From: Chlamydiia bacterium
GTDB taxonomy: Bacteria; Chlamydiota; Chlamydiia; Chlamydiales; JAYUZV01
Assembly (NCBI GenBank): GCA_043751475.1
Contig: JAYUZV010000014.1
Coordinates: 1 to 57,520, forward strand
Direction: 5' to 3'
Length of the DNA: 57,520 bases
The notes beneath the pieces are model-generated. The model saw nothing but the letters and a program-made list of their open reading frames with translations, was not told the origin of the DNA and made no database searches. Numbering within the stretch: the first letter of the stretch is position 1; each line of letters starts with the position of its first letter. Positions 17,380 to 27,279 of this stretch are shown one piece after another. The translations under genes and the position numbers were made by a program.

Positions 17380-18546
17380 TTACAGCTCTGAAGCGGGCGC
17401 ACTCTTATCGGAATGACTCTTAATATAGGCATCTACATCAAGCGCAAACTTCTCTGCAAAATCTTTGAATTTTTCCGCTGTTACGCCAGCTGTTGTATAA
17501 CGGATGAGCCCTTCCGGATTTTTATAGTCGCAAAACGACAAGCTCAGTCCACGCTCTTTCAAGATATCATCAATCTCTTCTTTTGATTTTTTACCGAGAT
17601 GGTCAAATTGAAGCAGCTCTTTTTCCGCATACAAAATAAGATGGTAAATATGCTTAATTTCTTTGCTACGAAGGCAGTTAGTTGAGCGCACAGACAGCTC
17701 AAGATTATCAAGTGGCGTTGCCACAAGCGCAACAAGTCTCTCGTAGGCGTCATTTTTATTCTCTTCCCCATCTTCCATTGGGATAATCTTGGTAACGCCT
17801 GAATCAAAAATTGAGAAGTGCGTTCCGGCGATCTGCGCAGAAAGAGAAACTGCCTCTTCAGGAGTTATCCTACCGTCGGTTGTAATGGTAAATACAAGCT
17901 TATCCATATCTGTATCTTGACCAACACGGAAATCTTCTACAGTATAGTTGACAAGTTTAACAGGAGAAAAAGAGGTGTCAATAGCAATTTCATTGACAAG
18001 GGGTTTAGATAGCTCGTGGCGTTCAGATGGAACGTAACCCCTTCCATAGGCAACACGAAGCTGAACAGAGCGCTTAAGGGGAGCTGTGACAGTAAATACC
18101 TTGTGCGAAGGAGAAACCACCTCAAATTGGGATTTTGTAATAAGATCACCGATGGTCACCTCGACAAAACCACCAGAACGATCTAGATCTGCCTGGGTAA
18201 TATCCAGCTCTGTTGTGACAAGAACCTGTACACCAGGCTTCATTTTCATATTGCGAAGACGCGCGCCCTTCAAATTCAAAATGAGATTCGGCATATCTTC
18301 GATTACACCGGCTATTTTTAAGTATTCGTGCTCAACTCCATCAATGGCAATGGAAATAATACCAGGCGACTGCAAACCAATCATCAGAAGACGGCGAAGG
18401 GTATTTCCAATCGTATGACCCATTCCTTTAGAAAAAGGAGCAGCTTCAAACCGACCATACGTACTATTATGCTCTCCGCTATGACGCATAATTGCAACCG
18501 GCAGCTCAAACTTATCGTACTCTACATCTAACATCGCTCTCTCCAA
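17380..18546 (-). CDS. rpoA: DNA-directed RNA polymerase subunit alpha
   Basis: 388 aa. GHTIGNTLRRLLM motif and a C-terminal domain with LELSVRSTNCL. Canonical position between rpsK and rplQ. Confidence 0.92.
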   Translation of the reverse strand: MERAMLDVEYDKFELPVAIMRHSGEHNSTYGRFEAAPFSKGMGHTIGNTLRRLLMIGLQSPGIISIAIDGVEHEYLKIAGVIEDMPNLILNLKGARLRNMKMKPGVQVLVTTELDITQADLDRSGGFVEVTIGDLITKSQFEVVSPSHKVFTVTAPLKRSVQLRVAYGRGYVPSERHELSKPLVNEIAIDTSFSPVKLVNYTVEDFRVGQDTDMDKLVFTITTDGRITPEEAVSLSAQIAGTHFSIFDSGVTKIIPMEDGEENKNDAYERLVALVATPLDNLELSVRSTNCLRSKEIKHIYHLILYAEKELLQFDHLGKKSKEEIDDILKERGLSLSFCDYKNPEGLIRYTTAGVTAEKFKDFAEKFALDVDAYIKSHSDKSAPASEL

Positions 18547-18598
18547 AAAATATAAACTTAACTTAATAAAAAAACAGGACTGCTTCTAAGTTCTAAAA

Positions 18599-19018
18599 TT
18601 AGCAGCGTCTCTTCTTTTTCGCACGGCAACCACCATGTGGTCCTCGTGTCATGTCGGTATATTCTGTGACATCGATTCCAGCCACTTTATGGATAGCGCC
18701 AGCTGCACTCTCTTTCCCAGGGCCACATCCCTTCATAAGAACAGCACAACTTGTCATGCCATATTGCTCGCGGGCCTGCTTGGCAGCCATTTCGCCCACA
18801 CGTGCGGCAGCAAATGGGGTGCTTTTACGCGAGCCTTTAAAGTTCACCTTTCCAGGACTTGCCGAAACAAGAACATTTCCCTGAAGATCGGTAATTGTAA
18901 CAAAAGTTGTATTCGACCTCGCATTAATGCGAACAATACCCTGATGGACAATACGCGATTTTTTACGCTTCGCTACAACAGCGTCTTTACTACTAGTGCT
19001 TTTACTGCTCAAAACCAA
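18599..19018 (-). CDS. rpsK: 30S ribosomal protein S11
   Basis: NTTFVTITDLQGNVL...GSRKSTPFAA...PHGGCRAKKKRR pattern. Confidence 0.92.
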   Translation of the reverse strand: MVLSSKSTSSKDAVVAKRKKSRIVHQGIVRINARSNTTFVTITDLQGNVLVSASPGKVNFKGSRKSTPFAAARVGEMAAKQAREQYGMTSCAVLMKGCGPGKESAAGAIHKVAGIDVTEYTDMTRGPHGGCRAKKKRRC

Positions 19019-19048
19019 TACTCCTTAAATTAAAATCATCAGGCCGGA

Positions 19049-19426
19049 TTACTTAACTGCCATCTTCTTATTGGCAACAGTCTTTCTCTTCCCTTTACGT
19101 GTCCTAGCGTTTGTCGATGTACGTTGCCCTCTAACTGGAAGCCCCTGTCTATGACGGGCACCGCGATAGCAATTCATGTCAACAAGACGCTTAATATTAG
19201 ACGCAACCTCACGGCGCAACTTACCTTCTGTCAAGAAATTCTGCTCAATATAGTTTGTAATCTCCACAATCTGCTCCGAGGTGAGGTCGCGGGCGCGCAA
19301 CACCTCCGAAAATTTACAGTGAGCTACAATCTCTTTGGAGCGGGTCGGCCCAACCCCGTAAATATAACGGAGGGAGTACTCTACACATTTATTATCTGGG
19401 ATATCTACACCGAGTATTCGAGGCAT
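19049..19426 (-). CDS. rpsM: 30S ribosomal protein S13
   Basis: MPRILGVDIP...YIYGVGPTRSKEI and a C-terminal NARTRKGKRKTV. Confidence 0.92.
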   Translation of the reverse strand: MPRILGVDIPDNKCVEYSLRYIYGVGPTRSKEIVAHCKFSEVLRARDLTSEQIVEITNYIEQNFLTEGKLRREVASNIKRLVDMNCYRGARHRQGLPVRGQRTSTNARTRKGKRKTVANKKMAVK

Positions 19427-19487
19427 TCACTTGTCCTATCTTTCATTGTTTCAAAAAGCAAGCAACATTAACACATAGAAAATTTAC

Positions 19488-19518
19488 CTTCAAGGGGTTG
19501 CTTGCAAAACCCTTGAAG
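19488..19518 (-). other. stem-loop between secY and rpsM (possible attenuator or processing site)
   Basis: 9-bp perfect stem CTTCAAGGG (19488-19496) / CCCTTGAAG (19510-19518), plus 2 further pairs after one mismatch. It lies in the 103-nt secY-rpsM spacer. On the minus strand it is followed by GUAAAUUUUCU. Confidence 0.4.
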
Positions 19519-19529
19519 TTAAGAGAGCT

Positions 19530-20909
19530 CTACCTGCTACGAAAGCTGGAAAGCCTCATTTTACCCTGATATTTGTCTGATATCAGGGCTGTATCAATTT
19601 GATTTTTAGTGTCTATTACTACTCCGACAAGAATCAAAAGAGATGTTCCGCCAAAAAAGTAGCTAATTGTAGCATCCACACCCAAAATACGCCCAACCAG
19701 CGTCGGAAGAACAGCAATGAGAGCTAAAAAAAGAGCTCCCATAAAGGTGATGTGGCTCATCGTATTAAAAAGGTAGCGCGCTGTAGGCTCTCCCTGCCTA
19801 ACACCAGGAATAAAGCCACCTTCGCTCTGCAAATCACGGGCAATTTGCTCTGGATGAAATTGTGTCGATGTCCAGACATAGGTGAAAAGGAATATCAGCA
19901 TAACATAAGCGATTGTATAAGGCCAGTTTCCAGGAGAAATAGCAATAGCCATCTTGCCAAACCAGTTACCGCGACCAATAAATTGCCCAATTGTGGCAGG
20001 AAACATCAGAAGTGTCGAAGCAAAAATAACAGGGACAACTCCTGCATAGTTAATTTTTAAAGGAATATAGGCGTATTTATTGGATCCCATCTCTCCGCGG
20101 ACAAGCCTGCGCCCTGCATACTGCAAAGGAATTTTTCTCTGGCCTTGGATAATTAAAATAGTACCAAGAACGATAAAAACAAAGACAGAACCAAGGAGTA
20201 AGAGCGATGTAAAAGACATTTGACCCGGCTCTTGCGACTCTAAATTGAGCTGACGAATAATGGTGCCGATTGTCGATGGCAAACTAGATAGAATACCGAT
20301 AGCAATGATAAGGCTCATCCCATTCCCCACACCGCGCTCCTTATCGCTGATCTGCTCGCCCACCCACATAAGCAGAACTGTGCCAGCTGTCATTGTGCTC
20401 ATCATAATAAGATAGAAAAGCCAAGGGGTACCGAAGGCCTGAATTCTCACAATTTCATCCAAAATAACACCTGGATTACTTGCATTAAGCTGCAGGGCAA
20501 ATCTGGCAAAAAGTCCAGACTGAGAAAGAGCGAGCGCAATTGTCAAAAATCGTGTGTAGGTGGCAATTTTTCTGCGCCCAACAGTTGGGTTCTGCTCAAC
20601 CTCGCGCTTCAGAGATGGCAAAAGAGCAACAGCGACCTGCATAAAAATAGAGGATGAGATATAGGGCATCACACCAAGCGCGATGATTGTCATCTGCGCA
20701 AAGGCACCGCCAGAAAAGACGTCCATCAGCTGAAATAAATTCTGAGAGCCACCAGTTGCCGTCTTAATAAGACGCATGGCAACTTCGCTGTTAATACCCG
20801 GCACTTGAACCTGCGCACCAATACGGCAAGCGAGGAGCATTAGCAATGTAAAGAAGATGCGCTGGCGCATCTTCTTGTCTGCAAAAATATGCCTGATGCT
20901 ATCGAACAT
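19530..20909 (-). CDS. secY: preprotein translocase subunit SecY
   Basis: 459 aa with 10 hydrophobic segments, typical SecY motifs (GIMPYISSSI-like GVMPYISSSIFMQ), and its position in the ribosomal cluster. Confidence 0.93.
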   Translation of the reverse strand: MFDSIRHIFADKKMRQRIFFTLLMLLACRIGAQVQVPGINSEVAMRLIKTATGGSQNLFQLMDVFSGGAFAQMTIIALGVMPYISSSIFMQVAVALLPSLKREVEQNPTVGRRKIATYTRFLTIALALSQSGLFARFALQLNASNPGVILDEIVRIQAFGTPWLFYLIMMSTMTAGTVLLMWVGEQISDKERGVGNGMSLIIAIGILSSLPSTIGTIIRQLNLESQEPGQMSFTSLLLLGSVFVFIVLGTILIIQGQRKIPLQYAGRRLVRGEMGSNKYAYIPLKINYAGVVPVIFASTLLMFPATIGQFIGRGNWFGKMAIAISPGNWPYTIAYVMLIFLFTYVWTSTQFHPEQIARDLQSEGGFIPGVRQGEPTARYLFNTMSHITFMGALFLALIAVLPTLVGRILGVDATISYFFGGTSLLILVGVVIDTKNQIDTALISDKYQGKMRLSSFRSR

Positions 20910-20943
20910 GAAAAGCGCTCCTAACTACCTGCATAAAAAACAA

Positions 20944-21429
20944 CTACTTCTTTTTGTGGACAAATTGTGGGAATGGGACAAGTGTACAAGTCACCCCTTT
21001 TGCCTCTAGATAAGCCTTCGCTCCTTTTGTAAAATGGTGCGCTCTAATCTCAGGAATTTTCTTGTTCAAATCTCCACCCGCAATAACGCGGAAGGTGTAA
21101 TTTTTCATATCGCTTGCAGAAAGTTGATGCTTACTGACAAGAGATGAACTATCAAATACTTTTCCACTCTCAGCAAGCTCTTGCAACATGTGAACTGTGA
21201 CATCGATCTTTTTTCTAGCAAATCTTGCATTAGAAAAACCACGTGTAGGAAGCTTTCTATAGAGTGGATACTGTCCACCCTCGTAACCGATACGGAGCGT
21301 AGCTCCAGAAATCGAGTAGCGACCTTTCATTCCACGGCCGCATGTTTTTCCGGTTCCTGAACCAGGTCCACGTCCAACTCTTTTAGGAAATTTACGCTCA
21401 ATACGCGATAAACTTGATAATCTGTTCAT
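20944..21429 (-). CDS. rplO: 50S ribosomal protein L15
   Basis: KRVGRGPGSGTGKTCGRGMKG motif; position after rpsE. Confidence 0.9.
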   Translation of the reverse strand: MNRLSSLSRIERKFPKRVGRGPGSGTGKTCGRGMKGRYSISGATLRIGYEGGQYPLYRKLPTRGFSNARFARKKIDVTVHMLQELAESGKVFDSSSLVSKHQLSASDMKNYTFRVIAGGDLNKKIPEIRAHHFTKGAKAYLEAKGVTCTLVPFPQFVHKKK

Positions 21430-21432
21430 TTT

Positions 21433-21948
21433 CTACTTTCCCTCACGCAGGCTGACAAATTCTTTTACATTTTTTTGGTTTGAAAGTGCGATAAGCGTCG
21501 CTTGCGCAACGTTAAACGCCTGTTTTGAACCGAGAGATTTTGTGGTTACATTAGTAACACCAGCAAGCTCAAGAATTGTACGGATAGCACCACCGGCTCT
21601 CAGTCCAGTACCTGGTTTAGCAGGCCTAACTAGCACACGTGCACCGCCGCAAACACCGGTGTCCTCGTGATAGAGCTGCTTATGCCCATCAACGGTTTCA
21701 AAATTTAAGGTCACCGCATTTCTCACTGCATCTTCTTTGGCTTTTTTAATTGCCTCAGCAACCTCACCGGCTTTACCGCTACCAAGGCCAATTTTACCTT
21801 TGCGATCGCCAACAACAATAACAGCCTGGAAACTAAAAGCACGGCCGCCTTTTGTCGCTTTGCAATTTCGATTCACTGAAATTGTGCTCTCTTCAAGAGC
21901 ATCTTTTTTCTGTTCGTTTCTGTCGCTTCTTCTATTATTCTGCTTCAT
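21433..21948 (-). CDS. rpsE: 30S ribosomal protein S5
   Basis: VNRNCKATKGGRAFSFQAVIVVGDRKGKIGLGSGKAGEV pattern. Confidence 0.92.
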   Translation of the reverse strand: MKQNNRRSDRNEQKKDALEESTISVNRNCKATKGGRAFSFQAVIVVGDRKGKIGLGSGKAGEVAEAIKKAKEDAVRNAVTLNFETVDGHKQLYHEDTGVCGGARVLVRPAKPGTGLRAGGAIRTILELAGVTNVTTKSLGSKQAFNVAQATLIALSNQKNVKEFVSLREGK

Positions 21949-21962
21949 ATTCCTCTAGAGTA

Positions 21963-22346
21963 CTATATTTTTAGACCAGTTTCGCGAGCCGCTTCAACAA
22001 GAGCTTTTAATGCCCCAGAATATGCGCGGTGTCCGCGATCAAGAACCGCCTGCTCAATCCCTTGAGCTTTAGCTTTTGCCGCGAGTTGTTTACCCACTTC
22101 TTGTGCTGTCCCAATGCTTTTTAGCGATGTCTTTACAAGAGTAGCTGCACGAAAGGCCTTTGTTTCGCTTGAAATTGAACACAAAGTTTTACCTGCGTTA
22201 TCATCAATAAGCTGCGCTCTAATATAGCGATTAGATTGATGATAGCTCAAACGTGGTCGCGCAACACTACCAGGTGTAATACGTCCCCCAACAGAGAGGG
22301 CTCTTTTTCGACGTCGAACGTCTCTTTTCAATAACTCTGATTCCAT
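21963..22346 (-). CDS. rplR: 50S ribosomal protein L18
   Basis: RPRLSYHQSNRYIRAQLIDD...DRGHRAYSGALKALVEAARETGLKI pattern. Confidence 0.9.
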   Translation of the reverse strand: MESELLKRDVRRRKRALSVGGRITPGSVARPRLSYHQSNRYIRAQLIDDNAGKTLCSISSETKAFRAATLVKTSLKSIGTAQEVGKQLAAKAKAQGIEQAVLDRGHRAYSGALKALVEAARETGLKI

Positions 22347-22365
22347 TTCCTAAACCCTTAAAACT

Positions 22366-22944
22366 TTATTTGCTAGCAACTGTCTTACCAGCTTTTCTAA
22401 TGATACGCTCGCCGACATACTTAATCCCTTTACCTTTATACGGCTCGGGTGGTTTTTTTGATCTCACAATTGCGGCAAAGTGGCCGACAACTTGCTTGTC
22501 CATGCCTGAAATTTTAATCAAAACGTTTTTCTCGATATCAACCTTAATTCCGCTTGGGATTTCTATTTCGACAAGATGAGAAAAACCTACAGCGAGAACA
22601 ACTTTATTCCCTTGCACGTTTGCTTTATATCCAACACCTACCATCTCGAGCTGCTCTTCAAAGCCATCTTTGACACCCTTAATTACATTGTCGAGTAACC
22701 GCGAATAAAGGCCAGAAAGACGTCTTACATCCCTCTCACCCTGGGCGACTGCTTCAACATTAAAAGAGACAAATTTGCCGCTCTCATCTTTAATCAGAGT
22801 GAGCCCAGCAGGTAAATTCATATTCAAAGTGCCCTTAGGCCCTGTTGCAGTAAGCACCCCTTCTTTAAATCCTAAATCGATTCCAGAAGGAAGCATGTTA
22901 TTTTTTCTCGCGATACGCGATACGTTTTGCTTCATATTACTCAT
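22366..22944 (-). CDS. rplF: 50S ribosomal protein L6
   Basis: SRIARKNN..., GVGYKANVQG, PEPYKGKGIKY motifs. Confidence 0.9.
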   Translation of the reverse strand: MSNMKQNVSRIARKNNMLPSGIDLGFKEGVLTATGPKGTLNMNLPAGLTLIKDESGKFVSFNVEAVAQGERDVRRLSGLYSRLLDNVIKGVKDGFEEQLEMVGVGYKANVQGNKVVLAVGFSHLVEIEIPSGIKVDIEKNVLIKISGMDKQVVGHFAAIVRSKKPPEPYKGKGIKYVGERIIRKAGKTVASK

Positions 22945-22946
22945 CC

Positions 22947-23366
22947 TTAGCTATAAACCTTTAACACGCAGAGTCCACCAATATTTTTCTCGCGCGCTTC
23001 GCTGCCTGTCATAAAACCGCTTGACGTAGAAAAGACAGAGATTCCAAGACCATTCTGTACGCGGAAAATTTCTTTTGCCTTTTTGTATCTGCGAAAACTC
23101 GGAGTGGAAACTTGCTCGATATCTCTCATCACATGGCGCATCTGCCCACCCATATCAAGGATGTTAAAATGTGCGCGAAAAATAGGGAATGACGCTTTTC
23201 CTCTCGTAATTTCGGGAATAATTTTCTTATATCCCGCAATAAACCCATGAGCTGAAAGCACTTTAAGTAGCGCCTCATTCATTTTAATTCCGGGAAGATC
23301 GACAAAAGTACGTTTTGCAAAGACTGCATTGCGAATATCGGTAGTAAATTTAGATATCTGATCCAT
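22947..23366 (-). CDS. rpsH: 30S ribosomal protein S8
   Basis: TDIRNA... N-terminus and C-terminal GISVFSTSSGFMTGSEAREKNIGGLCVLKVY. It follows rplE directly, with no S14 gene between them. Confidence 0.9.
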   Translation of the reverse strand: MDQISKFTTDIRNAVFAKRTFVDLPGIKMNEALLKVLSAHGFIAGYKKIIPEITRGKASFPIFRAHFNILDMGGQMRHVMRDIEQVSTPSFRRYKKAKEIFRVQNGLGISVFSTSSGFMTGSEAREKNIGGLCVLKVYS

Positions 23367-23375
23367 CTGTTTTCC

Positions 23376-23954
23376 TTAAACTCCATCCTTCTGAAACGGC
23401 ATTCCAAGCTCTGTAAGCAGAGCAATGCACTCCTCATCGGTGCGCGCGCTTGTTACAAAAGTCACGTGCATACCTTGCGAGTAGGTCATTTTATCCAAGT
23501 TAATCTCCGAAAAGCAGGTCTGCTCTTTTAGTCCAAAAGAGAGATTTCCGTATCCATCACATCCCCTTTTAATTCCGCGAAAGTCGCGAATACGCGCTAA
23601 GTCGATATTCAGCAATTTATACGCAAATTGATACATTCTACTGCCACGTAGTGTTACCGTTAAACCGACAGGTACGCCGATTCTGGACTTAAAGTTGGCA
23701 ATCGCTTTTTTCGCTTTTGTCACAACAGGTTTTTGGCCAGTAATTTGCATCAGTTCATGCTGAAGCTGCCCAACGCTATCTTTGTGGTTGCTAAATGTCT
23801 TAGCAGCCCCCATTGTCAGGACAATTTTAACAAGCTTAGGAACAAGCATGACATTAGGATAAGCAAATTTCTCCTTAAGAGTTAGCTTAATCTCTTTGTG
23901 ATACTTCTCTTTGAGAATGTTTTTCTCTACGTTGTTTTCTGGTGATGCATTCAT
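23376..23954 (-). CDS. rplE: 50S ribosomal protein L5
   Basis: NVMLVPKLVKIVLTMG, PVGLTVTLRGSRMYQF, RDFRG motifs. Confidence 0.9.
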   Translation of the reverse strand: MNASPENNVEKNILKEKYHKEIKLTLKEKFAYPNVMLVPKLVKIVLTMGAAKTFSNHKDSVGQLQHELMQITGQKPVVTKAKKAIANFKSRIGVPVGLTVTLRGSRMYQFAYKLLNIDLARIRDFRGIKRGCDGYGNLSFGLKEQTCFSEINLDKMTYSQGMHVTFVTSARTDEECIALLTELGMPFQKDGV

Positions 23955-23987
23955 AAGTTCTAATTGCTTTTCTACTGTTTTTAATGG

Positions 23988-24347
23988 TTATTTTTTGCTT
24001 GGGAAATAAGTGATGCTCTCACCAGCTTTATTCATATAAACAAAGCGCTTTCCATCCGTATCGGCAATCAGCTTTAATTTAACTTTTTTACTCTCTGTTT
24101 TAGAGTAAGGGGCAACATTAGAAACATCGATATATCTCTCCATTGTCTCTCTTACACCCTCACCCGTCTGCTCTTTTCGCTTCAGATGCTTTGTAGCTGT
24201 AGCAACACGCGTCGCGACACCAGCACTATTGACTGCATTTGTCACACGCACACGATCACCAACTCTGTCCAGAATGGTTCCCACTGAACCCTTATCGGCG
24301 CCGGTGGTCACTATAACAAGATCTCCTGCTCGTAAACGATAACCCAT
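23988..24347 (-). CDS. rplX: 50S ribosomal protein L24
   Basis: KOW motif LRAGDLVIVTTGADKGSVGTI; position between rplN and rplE. Confidence 0.88.
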   Translation of the reverse strand: MGYRLRAGDLVIVTTGADKGSVGTILDRVGDRVRVTNAVNSAGVATRVATATKHLKRKEQTGEGVRETMERYIDVSNVAPYSKTESKKVKLKLIADTDGKRFVYMNKAGESITYFPSKK

Positions 24348-24365
24348 TTTTTTATCCTACCTTAA

Positions 24366-24752
24366 TTAAATAACCTCTGGAGCAAGCGAAATAATTTTCG
24401 TCCAGCCCCCACCAACTGCTTCTCTTAAAGCCCTTGAAACCGGGCCAAAAACACGCGTGCCAACTGGGTCGTACCCCCCTTTTACCTCTTTAATGAGGAC
24501 AACCGCATTTTCGCTGAAATTAACCATTACTCCGTCACTACGGGCCTTTGAAAAGCGGGTTCTAACTACAAGCCCTTTTACAACAGCTTTTTTCTTAACG
24601 AGAGATGTAGGAATGGCCTCGCGGACAGAGCAGACAATCACATCTCCCACTTTAGCTACTCGTTTGCGTGAGCCACCGAGAATACAGAAGCAATTTACTT
24701 TTTTTGCCCCGCTATTATCTGCAACTTCTAAGATTGTTCCTTTCTGAATCAT
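24366..24752 (-). CDS. rplN: 50S ribosomal protein L14
   Basis: MIQKGTILEVADNSGAKK... canonical L14 N-terminus. Confidence 0.93.
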   Translation of the reverse strand: MIQKGTILEVADNSGAKKVNCFCILGGSRKRVAKVGDVIVCSVREAIPTSLVKKKAVVKGLVVRTRFSKARSDGVMVNFSENAVVLIKEVKGGYDPVGTRVFGPVSRALREAVGGGWTKIISLAPEVI

Positions 24753-24796
24753 ATGCTTACTTTCCTTGAACTCTTACTAGCTTCTACGAGCTTCAC

Positions 24797-25066
24797 TTAA
24801 ATTGTTAGGGCCTTAGTGACCACTTTTGTCACGCGCCAATGTTTTGTTTTTGAAAGCGGTCTGCAAGCCATCAGCTCCACGATATCGCCCACAGCGCACT
24901 CATCTTTTTCATCATGTGCATGACATGTAGTAGTTTTTACAAGTGACTTTTCGTAAATGGGGTGCTTCTCTTTTCTTTCAACAGAAACAGTGACTGTTTT
25001 ATCTCGCTTAGCACTTGTTACAGTACCGACAAGAAGGTGTCTGTTACCTCTAGCTTCCATATTCAT
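24797..25066 (-). CDS. rpsQ: 30S ribosomal protein S17
   Basis: LVGTVTSAKRDKTVTVSVERKEKHPIYEK...GDIVELMACRPLSKTKHWRV pattern. Confidence 0.9.
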   Translation of the reverse strand: MNMEARGNRHLLVGTVTSAKRDKTVTVSVERKEKHPIYEKSLVKTTTCHAHDEKDECAVGDIVELMACRPLSKTKHWRVTKVVTKALTI

Positions 25067-25078
25067 GACCTAAATTCT

Positions 25079-25369
25079 CTATTTCTTTTTGCTTGTTCTA
25101 GCGATATCGCCGAGAACCATTTTCATTCTTGCAATATTGCGTCTTACCATTGGGATAGAGTGAACAGGAACTTTTTTCTGTTTGCTCTTATCACTATCAG
25201 GTAAACGCTGTGTGCGCAGGTGAGCGGCAGCCGCATCTCTCAAATCAAAAAGCTCAGCATGCGCTTTAAAAATGTTTGCACCCAAATCGGACTCAGACAT
25301 TGCAAGCAGAGCGCTCATTACGGTTTTCTCTTTGACTTTCGTTTTTTTGACAACTTTTGTTCTCGCCAT
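25079..25369 (-). CDS. rpmC: 50S ribosomal protein L29 (longer than usual)
   Basis: Positional call between rplP and rpsQ, supported by the ELFDLR core. At 96 aa it is long for L29, and an alternative start at the Met codon at 25318 would give 79 aa. Confidence 0.7.
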   Translation of the reverse strand: MARTKVVKKTKVKEKTVMSALLAMSESDLGANIFKAHAELFDLRDAAAAHLRTQRLPDSDKSKQKKVPVHSIPMVRRNIARMKMVLGDIARTSKKK

Positions 25370-25377
25370 GTGCCCTC

Positions 25378-25794
25378 CTAAACCTTCTCTTGTCTAATGC
25401 TTAATCTAGTCTTAATATTTAACTTCGCCGCCGCTCTGCCTAATGCGTCACGCGCCTCGTCATGGGTTACACCATCTAGCTCAAAGAGAGTAACACCCGG
25501 ACGAATAATTGCGGCATAAAAATCTACAGAACCCTTACCTTTACCCATTCTCACCTCTGCTGGCTTACTGGTTCTAGGTGTTTGGGGGAAGATTTGAATA
25601 ATTAGACGCCCTTTTCTTCCAAGGAAACGGCTAATTGCAACACGTGCGGCTTCAATTTGACGCGCGGTGATCTGTCCACGGCTCAGGGCTTTCATTGCGA
25701 AAGGAGCAGTTTGACTATATCCAGCTTTTGCCAGGCCGCTGCGCCCCATTTTATGGCGCTTACGATAAGTTAATTGTTTGGGAGTCTTATACAT
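25378..25794 (-). CDS. rplP: 50S ribosomal protein L16
   Basis: RKRHKMGRSGLAKAG...ITARQIEAARVAISR...MGKGKGSVDFY pattern. Confidence 0.92.
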   Translation of the reverse strand: MYKTPKQLTYRKRHKMGRSGLAKAGYSQTAPFAMKALSRGQITARQIEAARVAISRFLGRKGRLIIQIFPQTPRTSKPAEVRMGKGKGSVDFYAAIIRPGVTLFELDGVTHDEARDALGRAAAKLNIKTRLSIRQEKV

Positions 25795-25797
25795 CTA

Positions 25798-26532
25798 TTA
25801 TTCCACTCTACTTTTTCTCTGTCCACTATCTACACCGTAAGGACCGCGATTGATCCAAACTTTTACACCAATTTTTCCATAGGTAGTCTGCGCTGTCGCA
25901 TGCGCGTAATCAATATCGTTGCGCAACGTGTGAAGACCGACAAGCCCTTCGCTAAAGTGTTCGGTTCTAGCGATTTCCGCGCCGCCTAAACGACCCGCTA
26001 CCATGATTTTAATGCCTTTTGCCCGCGCGCCCATGACTTCTTGAATCACTTTTTTCATTGCGCGTCTATAAGTGATACGTGCTTCAAGTTGAGAGGCTAC
26101 ACTTTCTGCAGATACATTTGCTGATAGGCCGCGCTCATCGATCACATCGATGTGCAGGCTATTAATCATCTTCTTCACCGCATTATGACGCTCGTCGCGC
26201 CCTGATTTATCTTTTGAAAAGACATCTGTTAGGTAGCGCTGCTCAGCTTGGTTAAGCAGAATTTTTTTCAATGCTTCTCCATTTGCATCCCCAGCTCCGC
26301 GCATAGTTAAGGCGTTTGTTTTTACGCTACGAATCGTAACAACAAGACGATCACTTCTTGAAATTTCAAGTCTGCTAATATGCTGTTTATGCTTTTTTGC
26401 AAAAAACGCGCGGATCGACTCGTCCTGAGCAACCAGCTCCCCAAAATCTCTCTGTGATCCATACCATTTTGTTGGCATTAAACTTCTTTGCGCTTGTGCT
26501 CTAAAAGCAATTGGGTTGGTCTTTTGTCCCAT
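25798..26532 (-). CDS. rpsC: 30S ribosomal protein S3
   Basis: [12 protein letters not shown]-terminus, KH domain, and [10 protein letters not shown] motif. Confidence 0.92.
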   Translation of the reverse strand: MGQKTNPIAFRAQAQRSLMPTKWYGSQRDFGELVAQDESIRAFFAKKHKQHISRLEISRSDRLVVTIRSVKTNALTMRGAGDANGEALKKILLNQAEQRYLTDVFSKDKSGRDERHNAVKKMINSLHIDVIDERGLSANVSAESVASQLEARITYRRAMKKVIQEVMGARAKGIKIMVAGRLGGAEIARTEHFSEGLVGLHTLRNDIDYAHATAQTTYGKIGVKVWINRGPYGVDSGQRKSRVE

Positions 26533-26534
26533 AA

Positions 26535-26942
26535 TTATACGCTTCCTCTTCCTGTATCTTCTTTTTTACCAGCCTTTCTATTCTCTTCATAGGCAGTGCG
26601 AAGTGCTTCTGATTCACTAAGTACAATCGAGAAATGGCTAGAACGCTTTAAAACAGCTGTGCTGCTACCGCGGCTTCGTGATTTTGATCTCTTAAGCGTT
26701 CTGCCGCTATCTACACAAACTTCCTGAACGGTTAAAAATGCTTCGCGCTCAGCTCCTTGTGTAAGGGCATTGCAAATTGCAGTTTTAAGCAGCTTAATCA
26801 GGATTCCGCTCGATTTCATCGGGCTTCCGATCAATTGTACTTTTGCCGCTGCAACACTCTTGTTGCGGATCAATCCGGCAGCAAGACGCGCTTTTCGCGG
26901 AGGCACCCTGACATTCATTATTTTAGCTGTGTAACGCTCCAT
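26535..26942 (-). CDS. rplV: 50S ribosomal protein L22
   Basis: Position between rpsS and rpsC, with the [20 protein letters not shown]22-like N-terminus. Confidence 0.85.
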   Translation of the reverse strand: MERYTAKIMNVRVPPRKARLAAGLIRNKSVAAAKVQLIGSPMKSSGILIKLLKTAICNALTQGAEREAFLTVQEVCVDSGRTLKRSKSRSRGSSTAVLKRSSHFSIVLSESEALRTAYEENRKAGKKEDTGRGSV

Positions 26943-26970
26943 ACTAATCTCTTACCTAAACTCTGTTAAA

Positions 26971-27255
26971 CTACTTCTTGTCAGCGGCTTTCTTATCGCC
27001 CGCTGTATGCTGAGCTCTTACTCTAGTAAATGCAAACGCTCCTAGCTTCTGACCAATCATATTTTCTGAGACAAAAACAGGGAAAAACTTATTTCCGTTA
27101 TGGACAGCAAACGTATGACCAACCATTTCGGGAATAATCGATGACCTTCTCGAATAGGTCTTAATAGGCGCTTTTGTACCCTTTGCATTTTCTGCTTCTA
27201 CTTTTTTCATCAGATGGCCATCCAAAAACGGCCCTTTCTTAAGTGATCTTCCCAT
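26971..27255 (-). CDS. rpsS: 30S ribosomal protein S19
   Basis: [15 protein letters not shown]...[27 protein letters not shown] pattern. Confidence 0.93.
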   Translation of the reverse strand: MGRSLKKGPFLDGHLMKKVEAENAKGTKAPIKTYSRRSSIIPEMVGHTFAVHNGNKFFPVFVSENMIGQKLGAFAFTRVRAQHTAGDKKAADKK

Positions 27256-27279
27256 TCCTTTACAACCCTTTCAATCCGA

